The notes below the pieces were generated by a model that made no database searches, was not told the DNA's origin, and was given only the letters and a program-made list of their open reading frames with translations. The position numbers and the translations under genes are program-made. This document shows, one piece after another, positions 19,871 to 28,559 of a stretch of 64,000 nucleotides of DNA (positions are counted from its first letter, which is position 1; every line of letters starts with the position of its first letter). This DNA comes from a bacterium (GTDB lineage: Bacteria; UBA8248), in the NCBI GenBank assembly GCA_965221165.1, contig CBDCRP010000002.1, positions 128,001 through 192,000 of the forward strand. Reading direction: 5' to 3'.

Positions 19871-20869
19871 TTACCTCGGGGCCAGGGCCTTTAGGGTGCG
19901 TTCGACTGCTTCTTGATAACTTTCACCGGCCAACACGGGGTCAATCATCAAAGCCGACATGTCTACTCCAGCATCTCGAAAGGCGGCCATGCGTTCTCTA
20001 CACCTCTCCGGTGGGCCCACAAGGCAAAATTCATCAATAATAGCGTCGGTAATCCCATCTCTCAAAGCTTTCTGATCTCCGTGTTCGAAGGCTGTTTTTA
20101 TGCGTTCCGCCTCTTCATCATAACCACTTTCCCGAATCGAATTGTTATATGCTGGAAGCCCTAGCCAATATGTCAGAGTTTGACGGGCGGCTTCCCTGGC
20201 GCACACGAGGTCATCACATAAAAAAGTGTGTATTCCGAGGTCAATTTCTACATCCTGGGGGTTTCTGCCTGCCCGTATTGCTCCAGCATCTCTCGCTTCT
20301 ACATAAGCACTCATCCTTGATAGCGGAACCATATATGGCAATAATCCATCGGCAATTTCTCCACCAAGCGTCGTCATTTGGGGGCCGACAGCAGCTATGT
20401 ATACCCGAACCGGGTACTTTGAACGCCTAAATTTCAACTCTTCTCCCTGATAAGTTTGGACAGGCAGCGGATATACAGGCTCACCCTCTAATACGCCTTT
20501 AACCTCACCAACATATGTACGCATATCCTCAAGAGGGTTTCCCGGTTCTATCCCCATCGCTTTGATGCGGGGCGGATGCCCAAGCCCGAGGCCCAAAATA
20601 TAGCGCCCGCCAGAGATTTCGTTAATCGCCACAGCACCTTGAGCAGCCATAGAAGCATGGCGCAAATAAATGATGGCGACCGAACTACCAATCTCAATCT
20701 TCGATGTATATGTCGCCATAAGTTGATTGATAGCCAACGTATCTGTGAGGGATTCTGTAGTATAAACGCGATCATACCCTAATTCTTCACCAAGCCTTGC
20801 AACCTCCCCCATCCCGTTGAATGAAATGTCTGTGAACGTAAGAAGCCAAAACCCGAGGCGATGCGTCAT
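19871..20869 (-). CDS. LLM-class flavin-dependent oxidoreductase (possibly F420-dependent)
   Basis: EELGYD, ISGGRYILGLGLG, AAVGPQM...GEIADG, VGPPERC. Confidence 0.85.
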   Translation of the reverse strand: MTHRLGFWLLTFTDISFNGMGEVARLGEELGYDRVYTTESLTDTLAINQLMATYTSKIEIGSSVAIIYLRHASMAAQGAVAINEISGGRYILGLGLGHPPRIKAMGIEPGNPLEDMRTYVGEVKGVLEGEPVYPLPVQTYQGEELKFRRSKYPVRVYIAAVGPQMTTLGGEIADGLLPYMVPLSRMSAYVEARDAGAIRAGRNPQDVEIDLGIHTFLCDDLVCAREAARQTLTYWLGLPAYNNSIRESGYDEEAERIKTAFEHGDQKALRDGITDAIIDEFCLVGPPERCRERMAAFRDAGVDMSALMIDPVLAGESYQEAVERTLKALAPR

Positions 20870-20906
20870 TTGAATCCTTTCCCGAATAGTAAACTCTCCA
20901 TCATGG

Positions 20907-21677
20907 TTATTGGCATAATCGGCCCCCGTCAACCACAATGACAGACCCATTCATGTATGATGCTTCATCAGACGCCAGAAAAACGGCGCAATCGGCAATT
21001 TCTTCCGGAGTTGCAAAACGTCCCAGTGGTATGTTGCTCACCAGCCTTTCTCGTCGGCCCGCCTCCGTCTCCACACGATGCTTCGTACCCTCGCTTAAAG
21101 TCGTCCCTGGAGCTATCGCATTCACTCGAATTCCTTTAGGCCCGAGTTCGGCCGCATGTGCCTTCGTCATCAAATGCATGGCCCCTTTCGTCGCGCAATA
21201 GAGCGAATTATTAGGCACTCCAGCCTCACCAGATGTAGAACCAATATTTATAATCTGGCCCCCAGACCTGGGGATCATATGCTCGGCCGCCAATCCACTC
21301 AGAATAAACGAAGCCATCGCATTGACTTGAAACAGTGAAACCACCTCTTCGTGCGTCACCTCCTCCACAGGCTTGTTACAACGAATTCCAGCGCAGTTCA
21401 CTAAAATATCGAGATCGCCCAGATGCGTCAGAGCGCGACTCATCAAAGGAGCCACATTCGCCAGGTTCGACAGGTTAATCCCCTCGCCGGCAACCGACAT
21501 GGCTTGGGTCTTGCAATATTCGAGTGTTGACGCCAAAGCGCCTATGTTTCTGCCACCTGCCAGATATAGCGAGCAACCCTCCTCAGCAAAACGCCTTGCA
21601 ATGGCGGAGCCAATTCCCACAGAGGCTCCCGTGATGAATGCTTTCTTTCCTCGTAATCGCATGTCGAATTGTTCCAT
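20907..21677 (-). CDS. short-chain dehydrogenase/reductase
   Basis: TGASVGIG, NCAG, YCATK, IRVNAIAPG. Confidence 0.92.
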   Translation of the reverse strand: MEQFDMRLRGKKAFITGASVGIGSAIARRFAEEGCSLYLAGGRNIGALASTLEYCKTQAMSVAGEGINLSNLANVAPLMSRALTHLGDLDILVNCAGIRCNKPVEEVTHEEVVSLFQVNAMASFILSGLAAEHMIPRSGGQIINIGSTSGEAGVPNNSLYCATKGAMHLMTKAHAAELGPKGIRVNAIAPGTTLSEGTKHRVETEAGRRERLVSNIPLGRFATPEEIADCAVFLASDEASYMNGSVIVVDGGRLCQ

Positions 21678-22231
21678 TACTTTAAGGGAGGCTCTTCTCC
21701 TTCTGGCACTTGTAGTTCAAATGCGTTGAGTGTCATGGAAACTGTCGTGTAATGCCCGATGATACCAACTAACTCCACCAATCCACGTTCCCCGAAATGC
21801 TCGAACATATTTTGATACACTTCATCACTCACAGAGTGCTTTTCGTGTAATGCAGTACAAAAGTCATAGACTGCCTCCTCATCGGCGGCCATTTGAGCAG
21901 GTCGCCTATTCTCTTGAACCGCCTTGATTATTTCGGGAGATAATCCCGCCTTCCTGGCTAAAGGCTCATGGGCGTACCATTCATATTGCGAACACCAGAA
22001 CCGGGCGGTAATCAAAATCGCAAACTCGCTCAGCCGTGGTTCAAATAGGGAGTCATAACGCAAATAACGCCCTGTCTCTTCTAATTTTTCGAGATAAGCC
22101 GGACTTTTGAGCCATGCCAGAAACGGGCCTCGCACGCCTCCTCTGGGGCCAGAGGCGATTTTCTCATAGAGTTTTCTTTGCGCATCTGTCATCTGTTCTA
22201 TTGGCGTTTCTATCAAACGGGGCATCGTCAT
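21677..22231 (-). CDS. carboxymuconolactone decarboxylase family protein
   Basis: GPRGGVRGPF, EFAILITAR, YEWYAH. Confidence 0.85.
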   Translation of the reverse strand: MTMPRLIETPIEQMTDAQRKLYEKIASGPRGGVRGPFLAWLKSPAYLEKLEETGRYLRYDSLFEPRLSEFAILITARFWCSQYEWYAHEPLARKAGLSPEIIKAVQENRRPAQMAADEEAVYDFCTALHEKHSVSDEVYQNMFEHFGERGLVELVGIIGHYTTVSMTLNAFELQVPEGEEPPLK

Positions 22232-22443
22232 CAATTCTCCTATTCCTTGGGTATGCACGATCATTGGACTTTCACCTGCTACATAAGAATTCCGTAGGTT
22301 GCAAGGCGGTGCTTAGTTTGATAATCAATTAATAAGGCTGCGGTCGGCGCGGCCAAATTGAGTTTTCTGGAAATGTACTTGGAGTGAAAGGCCCCCACCT
22401 GATTCATTTCTACCCATTTCCAAAATATGCAGGAGATGCGCAA

Positions 22444-22659
22444 GTGCCAGAAGGAACAGTGAAGTGGTTCAATGACGCAAAGGGCTATGGTTTCATTTCA
22501 CAAACGGATGGTGACGATGTCTTCGTTCACTTCTCCGCCATCCAGGGAGACGGCTTCAAAACCCTGGAGGAAGGACAAAACGTCAACTTCGAAATTGTTC
22601 AGGGCCCGAAAGGGCTTCAGGCGGCCAATGTCACAAAAGGGGGTGACTCCGGAGAATAA
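22444..22659 (+). CDS. cold-shock protein (CspA family)
   Basis: GTG start after AGGAG; [15 protein letters not shown] and DVFVHFSAI. Confidence 0.97.
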   Translation: MPEGTVKWFNDAKGYGFISQTDGDDVFVHFSAIQGDGFKTLEEGQNVNFEIVQGPKGLQAANVTKGGDSGE

Positions 22660-22682
22660 CCCCCTTTTATGGATAATAACTA

Positions 22683-22715
22683 AAACGACGGCTCACCCGA
22701 GCCGTCGTTTTTTTT
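22683..22715 (+). terminator. intrinsic terminator
   Basis: aaaacgacggctc-accc-gagccgtcgttt followed by a T run. Confidence 0.85.
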
Positions 22716-22818
22716 GTCCGCCGATATCCTCCCTGCTGCTTGCGGGAGGGTGAAGCCTCCATGTTATAACCCCACCTGTAAGGCCATCCAACAGATCGAT
22801 AAAACGGAAAGGCACTTC

Positions 22819-23922
22819 ATGCGGGACGTTATCGTCATCGGTGGCGGCATCATGGGTCTCCTGGTAGCGAGAGAACTGCGCAAGGCGGGCAGAAACGTCG
22901 CCATCATCGATAAGGGCAGGCCGGGCGCAGGCGCCACCTGGGCTTCCGCGGGCATCATCTCCGCCCACGGCACGAGCGGCTCGGCCGACATCGCGGGTAT
23001 TCCGGGCCTCAAGCTCCGAACCGCCTCTTATGAAGAATGGCCCCTTCTTGCAGAAGCCATTCTCGAGGAAAGCGGAACGGACATCGAATACCGCCTCACG
23101 GGCGTTCTGCTGATCGCCCTGGATGAGGAGGAAGCCGAAGGCATTCAGAAAAAAGCCCGCGCGCGCGAGTGGGGCGAGGCCGAGTGGATGGCGCCCGACG
23201 CGCTGAGGAGCGAAGAGCCCTGCCTCTCCGGTGAGCTTGCCGGTGCGCTGCTCGTCGAAGGTGGAAACCTCGAAGTCAGGAAGCTGGGACCCGCCATCGA
23301 GCTATCCTGCCGGCGCCTCGGGGTGGAGATCATCACAGGGCACGTGGCGGAGGAGGTCCTGAGCGATGGCGGGAAAGTCACCGGGGTCCGCACGGATGCT
23401 GGAATCCTTGAAGCGCCCGCCGTCTTCATCTGCGCAGGCATCGGCAGCCGCAGCCTGCCCGGCTCCGCCCCGAGAGCGCCCATCACGCCCCAGCGCGGGC
23501 AGATGCTCTCCATGGACGCCCGCGCGTTGGACCTCAGGCGCGTGGTGCTGACCGTGAACGACCCCTATCTCGTGCCCCGCGCGGATGGCCGCGTTCTGCT
23601 GGGCGCGACGAGGGAGTTCGCGGGCGAGGACCCGAGGCTCACCGTGGGGGGCCTCTCCTGGCTGCTTGGAGAGGGGGCGCACATCTCCCCGGCAATCGCT
23701 TCGTGCGCCATCGAGGAGACCTGGAGCGGCTTCAGGCCCACTTCTTCAGACTACCTGCCCCTCATCGGCCGGGGCGCTATCGAGGGCCTCTATTTCTGCA
23801 CCGGGCACGGGCCTTCGGGCATCGGGCCTGCGCCCGCGAGCGTGAAGCTGGCCACCGCGCTCTATCTCGGCGACGCCCCCCCGCTCGACCCGGCGCCCTA
23901 TGACCCCATGCGCTTCGCGTAG
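22819..23922 (+). CDS. FAD-dependent oxidoreductase, glycine oxidase (ThiO/DadA) family
   Basis: IGGGIMG, ATWASAG, RGQM, YLVPRADG, WSGFRP, TGHG. Confidence 0.88.
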   Translation: MRDVIVIGGGIMGLLVARELRKAGRNVAIIDKGRPGAGATWASAGIISAHGTSGSADIAGIPGLKLRTASYEEWPLLAEAILEESGTDIEYRLTGVLLIALDEEEAEGIQKKARAREWGEAEWMAPDALRSEEPCLSGELAGALLVEGGNLEVRKLGPAIELSCRRLGVEIITGHVAEEVLSDGGKVTGVRTDAGILEAPAVFICAGIGSRSLPGSAPRAPITPQRGQMLSMDARALDLRRVVLTVNDPYLVPRADGRVLLGATREFAGEDPRLTVGGLSWLLGEGAHISPAIASCAIEETWSGFRPTSSDYLPLIGRGAIEGLYFCTGHGPSGIGPAPASVKLATALYLGDAPPLDPAPYDPMRFA

Positions 23923-24040
23923 CAAATGCGGGGAAATGCGCGGGCTCGAAAAAAAAATTTTATGGTGAAAATCAGGGGATATTCTTTCTTTTCTACTTTA
24001 GATATACGGCATAATTACTTGATAATAAATCGAATAGACA

Positions 24041-24120
24041 TTTTCAATTTTTGAGATAAATTTTCAGATATTTTCAGATGTTTTCGCCTATTTTCAGATA
24101 TTTTCACCATTTCAGAATTT
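24041..24120. repeat. 10-bp-period tandem array of TTTTCAGATA variants
   Basis: ttttcagata ttttcagatg ttttcgccta ttttcagata ttttcaccat at 24061-24110. Confidence 0.8.
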
Positions 24121-24328
24121 GAAGTATTCATTCCGATATTCCGGGATTTCGGCACTTCAGATACTCTCCATATACGAAACAGAATACGATACAATCGACA
24201 CCTCCTCTCGATCGGCCCGTATGAAGGGGCGGTTGGAAAATAGCGCATGCGGGGTGTGAAAAGATACGCGCAATTGCGGGGAATTGCGGGATTCCTTTAT
24301 CCTCGCTGGCAGATGATGTCTGGTCCTC

Positions 24329-24650
24329 GTCATTCCGGTGTCATTTCCGGCCGAGGAGGAAGGGTTTGCGGACAACCACGGGAACAATGAAGTCGTAGGG
24401 GCGGACCTGTGTGTCCGCCCGCCTTTAGCCTTTTGTTGTCATTCTGGCGAAAGCCAGAATCCAGGCTGACGAGAAAACGCATCGGCTCTAGATTCCGGCA
24501 TGCGCCGGAATGACGACTTTTGTTGTCAATCTCGCCCTGTGAGGGAAAATGCGACCGATGGGAAAGAGGAATTATACCTTCGTAGGGGTGTCGAACTTTC
24601 CTGAGGAAGGGAAGATCGTGTGTGTCCGCCCGCAATAGGGAAGATCACCC
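24329..24650. repeat. REP-like palindrome cluster 1
   Basis: GTAGGGGCGGAC-ctgtgt-GTCCGCCC; attctggc-gaaa-gccagaat; attccggc-atgc-gccggaat; nested module at 24581. Confidence 0.85.
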
Positions 24651-24722
24651 ATCTTGAGATCGTCGCACAATTGCACGACCTCGTGTCAGGCTCTCCAAGA
24701 AGGTTTTATTGTCATGTTGCCC

Positions 24723-25355
24723 TTACTCAGAGAGCTCTCTTCCCTCGGTAGGAAACCATTTGTTCAGAACACCTTTGAATTCCAGAAAGGCCGTATCCGT
24801 GCATCGACGAAGGGAAACCTTTTCCGCAATCTGCAGATATAGGGATGCGCTACGAGGTTTTTGCGCTTCCCGCAAGGCTGCTTCGAAAGCCTCTTTAGGC
24901 CGCATAGGCTTGACTTCACCTTCTTGCAAATAGTTTTGCTCGACTAACCAGCGACGAAGGCCGGGCTCCCGGCCTTTCCATCCCGCCACCTCGTCGACAT
25001 GCGGAGAGTCGCTCCAAATCCACACCTCCAGTTCAGGAGAAAGCACGATAGCCTTGGCCCGTTCGCCCCAAGCCGATCTGGCAAATGCCTCGTTGAGGCT
25101 TTCTTGCAACGCCAAGGACGCCATTTCCTCCTTTCCACTTCCTTCATAATCAAACATGAGCAAACCGTGGCGATACTGTTGTGAAAAATGGGAAGTGAAT
25201 TCAACGCCGCGTAGTGCGCATGCAGGATCGTGTTGCGGATGGGGGTAGATATCCGCTTCGATGGCTCGGCCACCCAGCGCATCCGGCCTTGAAAGCAATC
25301 CCTTCAGTGTGTATTCCAAGTCTTTGTCGGCAACGATAATGACAAGGTCTTTCAA
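24723..25355 (-). CDS. MAD4-like protein, partner of the upstream ATPase
   Basis: TTG start overlaps the ATPase stop. KDLVIIVADKD, HPQHDP, FDYEG, PELEVWIW and PKEAFE resemble MADS Mad4 from memory. Confidence 0.65.
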   Translation of the reverse strand: MKDLVIIVADKDLEYTLKGLLSRPDALGGRAIEADIYPHPQHDPACALRGVEFTSHFSQQYRHGLLMFDYEGSGKEEMASLALQESLNEAFARSAWGERAKAIVLSPELEVWIWSDSPHVDEVAGWKGREPGLRRWLVEQNYLQEGEVKPMRPKEAFEAALREAQKPRSASLYLQIAEKVSLRRCTDTAFLEFKGVLNKWFPTEGRELSE

Positions 25356-26614
25356 CCCAAAACTCCTGACGCGAGCAACGTTCCAAGATCGGCTTCTCCA
25401 TGCCACTCCTGTAGTTTGGGATGTTTGGAACCGAGAACAATATCCGTTGCTCCCGTATCATCCTTGGCAAAGCACAACACGTCGTCCATCTTGGCCGCGC
25501 TCAAGACCACCGGTGAATGAGTCGCCAGCAGGACCTGGGCCGAATACACCGAGGAGAGAGAGTCATAAACGGTCGCCACGGCGCGTGGATGGATACCGTT
25601 CTCCGGCTCTTCGATCAGATAGATCCCTTTGAGATCGTCAAGATAAGCCGGCAAGGTCAGTGCCGTCAGTCGGAGTGTACCATCGGACACCATCCAGGAA
25701 GGCACTTTCAGGCCACCTTTATACTCGTAGACCATGTAGCAATGTTTGTCCTCCGGACGCTCAATGGTCGTGATATCTACGAGATCGTCGAGCGCCGTCC
25801 GAAGATGTGCGAGCCAGGCACGATACCTTTTTCCGTTCTCTTTCCGCAGACGGGCAACAACCCAGGGCAAATTTGATCCGTTGGGCAAAAAACCTCTAAC
25901 TCGGGTCGGCCGACTAGGTCGTCTGATCGCAAGGCTGTTAAGAACAAACTTCTGTACACCGGTACTTAGATATTCTCGAAACCATGTGGCCACTGGAAAG
26001 GACTTTGCATCCGCTGGAAGATTGCCGAGGGCCGACTTTTGCGGCCCAAGCTTGAACGAGGGGGTCCAGCCCTTTCCCCCCTGAGGGTAGGTTTCGCTGT
26101 AGAAATTGTCATTCCCTTCCAGCACTTTATGGACCACGGTCTTGTAGTTGCGTTTACCTTTAGGGGTCAGCAGCGACGCCGGCGCGTTGGGAGGCATGGG
26201 GAATAGCGAACGCTGAGGTGATTCTATGGCCTGGGTTTTCTTTAGCAAGAACTTCTCGGCCTTAAACTCGAACTGGCGCTTTGTTTCGTCGAAACCGATG
26301 GCCACCTCGTACCGCGCCGTGCCCATCTCTGGTTTCGCCGTCTGCTTGCGCAACTCATCGGGAATACGGGCCTCGATGGCCAGTTCTAACTTGTCTCCTT
26401 GACGTCGAAAGAGGAGTTCTTCTGGATTTGTGGTTCGGCCAAAGAACGCCTCATCTAATACTCCCTCGGATACCAGATCTCTCAGAAAGCCTACGACATC
26501 GAGAAAGGTCGTCTTGCCGCTGGCGTTCGGCCCGACTAGAACGTGAAGCGGCCCGAGGGGTCTCGACACGTACCGCAAGCATCGATAATTCAGGGCTTCA
26601 ACCAGTGTAATCAT
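25352..26614 (-). CDS. AAA_21/ABC-type ATPase, MAD3-like
   Basis: Walker A GPNASGKT, SDGTLR signature, IEEPENGIHP, ATHSP. Confidence 0.85.
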   Translation of the reverse strand: MITLVEALNYRCLRYVSRPLGPLHVLVGPNASGKTTFLDVVGFLRDLVSEGVLDEAFFGRTTNPEELLFRRQGDKLELAIEARIPDELRKQTAKPEMGTARYEVAIGFDETKRQFEFKAEKFLLKKTQAIESPQRSLFPMPPNAPASLLTPKGKRNYKTVVHKVLEGNDNFYSETYPQGGKGWTPSFKLGPQKSALGNLPADAKSFPVATWFREYLSTGVQKFVLNSLAIRRPSRPTRVRGFLPNGSNLPWVVARLRKENGKRYRAWLAHLRTALDDLVDITTIERPEDKHCYMVYEYKGGLKVPSWMVSDGTLRLTALTLPAYLDDLKGIYLIEEPENGIHPRAVATVYDSLSSVYSAQVLLATHSPVVLSAAKMDDVLCFAKDDTGATDIVLGSKHPKLQEWHGEADLGTLLASGVLG

Positions 26615-26779
26615 CCATCCGCTCCATCTCGAATTTCTGGGCGCGGCGTTCCCTTGGCGTTTTACATACGCGGGGCAAAGGAATCAAAAACCTCGGACAT
26701 TTACATCAGGATGCGTCAATATCGCGCGATGCCCCTTTTCTCAGACTCTACTCCCCCACCTTCCCCGCCCGCATGAACC

Positions 26780-27091
26780 CTACGCCGTCGCTTCCTCGCG
26801 CAGGGGTTTCGTATACGCGATGGCGGCCACGTCGAAATATTCGAGGCTCGCGTTGTTGGCTCTCCTGAAGCTGCGCTGCTTCTCGGAGTTGAACCAGGCG
26901 TCGGCTGTGGCCTTGTCCTCGAAGTGATAGACCGAGGCCATGCGGCCCGCCTCCTCGTTCATGCCCCACGTCTTGTCGATGAGGCCGGGCACTTCGTTCT
27001 CGAAGAAGGGTGCGGATTTTTCCTTGTCCTCACTCACTTCGGCGAGCGTGGGCGCAACGGCGGGATAGTGTAGAATAACCATCATCATCAT
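26780..27091 (-). CDS. YdhR-like putative monooxygenase (dimeric alpha-beta barrel)
   Basis: AGGAGG RBS before ATG; VPGLIDKTW...SVYHFEDKATADAW. Confidence 0.65.
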   Translation of the reverse strand: MMMMVILHYPAVAPTLAEVSEDKEKSAPFFENEVPGLIDKTWGMNEEAGRMASVYHFEDKATADAWFNSEKQRSFRRANNASLEYFDVAAIAYTKPLREEATA

Positions 27092-27265
27092 AAAGTCCTC
27101 CTGGGTGTCTGGATTGGCTTTGGCTGTCATCGTCCTTTTCATGTTTTGCCGGAAATGATAGCCCAGGGGAGCGAATCCGCCAAACGCCCGAAAATAGCGG
27201 GTAGGCGCGCGAAAACCAAAAAATGAGGCGCGCGAGAAAATTTTACACGAGAAGGGAGAAAAAAC

Positions 27266-28213
27266 ATGACCGAGGCTGCCTACCGGGAGATCTACGAGCG
27301 GGCGCGTAAAAACCTCGAAGGAGCCGAGACGGCGAATCCATACGACATCCTGGGGCCCGACCTGCCCGGCACCGAGACGGCGCTGGCCGGGTATGAGCGA
27401 TTCGGCTTGAGAATGCGCCTGATGATGACGGATGCGGCGGACACCGAGTTCGACTTCATGGGCAAGAAGCTCAGATGCCCCGTCATGACCGGTTCGATGA
27501 GCGCGAACACTCTGGCCGCCCACTGGGCGGATGGTTTTTTGCAGGTCGCCGAGGGCGCTGCGCGTTTCGGGACGCAATACTGGATAGGCGACTGTGAGGA
27601 TGATACCTGGAGGGAGGCCGCCGCAGCCTCGCCCTCGGCCATCCGGGTCGTGAAACCCTGGCGGGAGAAGCAGCGCACGCTCACCTCATTAAAACTCGCG
27701 GAAGACACCGGCGCTTTCGCCGTAGGCATGGATTTCGAATCCGGCTTTTATAACCCCGAATGCGAACCCCAGAGAGCGGATGCGCTCGAAGGCTACGTAA
27801 AGGCCACGGGTCTTCCCTTCGTCTTCAAGGCGGTGGGCTCGGTCGAGACCGCGCGCATCGCGCGAGACGCAGGCGTTGCGGCCATCATCGTCACCACGCA
27901 CGGGGGAGCGCACGGGCCTTCGTGGGGGCATCCCATGGAAATCCTGCCCGAGATCGTGGACGCGGTGGGGGACGACGTACTCGTGCTGGCCGAATCCGGC
28001 GTCCGTAGAGGAGACGACGTCCTGAAACTCCTCGCCCGGGGAGCGAAGGGCGTGACGTCCGGGCGGGGCCTGGTGCTCGGCCTGTTCGCGGGCGGGCCTG
28101 CGGGCGTAGCCGAGATGCTCGAGCTATTGGAGGAGGAACTCAAAAAGTCCATGGTCCTGGCGGGTTGTAAAGACCTCGCCTCGATCTCGGGGGATATATT
28201 GATATCAAGATAG
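27266..28213 (+). CDS. FMN-dependent alpha-hydroxy-acid oxidase family protein
   Basis: LPFVFK, HGG, ESGVRRGDDVLKLLARGA, EELKKSMVLAG. Confidence 0.8.
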   Translation: MTEAAYREIYERARKNLEGAETANPYDILGPDLPGTETALAGYERFGLRMRLMMTDAADTEFDFMGKKLRCPVMTGSMSANTLAAHWADGFLQVAEGAARFGTQYWIGDCEDDTWREAAAASPSAIRVVKPWREKQRTLTSLKLAEDTGAFAVGMDFESGFYNPECEPQRADALEGYVKATGLPFVFKAVGSVETARIARDAGVAAIIVTTHGGAHGPSWGHPMEILPEIVDAVGDDVLVLAESGVRRGDDVLKLLARGAKGVTSGRGLVLGLFAGGPAGVAEMLELLEEELKKSMVLAGCKDLASISGDILISR

Positions 28214-28230
28214 GGCCTGGCGTCATATGC

Positions 28231-28490
28231 CGTAGGGGCGGTTCGCGAACCGCCCCTACCAACGAGACGACGGCGATGGAAAATCACAAGATGGCGTAGG
28301 GGTGTCGATCTTCCCCGAGGAGGGGAAGATCGTGTGTGTCCGCCCGCAATGCGCCGGGTCGCATATATGCGGCCCCTACACCAAATCCGTGAGCGTGATG
28401 GGTCCGTAGGTCGGACATATATGTCCGCCACACATATATGCGTCCCGTGTTAAGAAAGAGCAGGGCCGCAAATATGCGGCCCCTACACAG
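28231..28490. repeat. REP-like palindrome cluster 2
   Basis: Perfect palindrome GTAGGGGCGGTT-cgcg-AACCGCCCCTAC; gggtcgcatatatgcggcccctac; copy of the 24581 module. Confidence 0.88.
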
Positions 28491-28559
28491 GCATTCACCA
28501 AAGCCTGCCCGTATCAAACGGCTGCGAGGGATTTATTTACTCCACCGGGTCCGCCCATG

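Noticed and set aside
22819-23922. Naming this gene thiO
   Set aside because: The family is clear, but thiS and thiG are not adjacent, so the specific function is unsupported.
24330-24635. Small ORFs containing RADTHDLP (also 28284-28517 and 30187-30462) as a peptide family
   Set aside because: They are translations of the shared repeat, in inconsistent contexts and without an RBS.
28231-28490. Possible CRISPR array in the repeat clusters
   Set aside because: The repeats are heterogeneous palindromes in both orientations with irregular spacing, and there are no cas genes.
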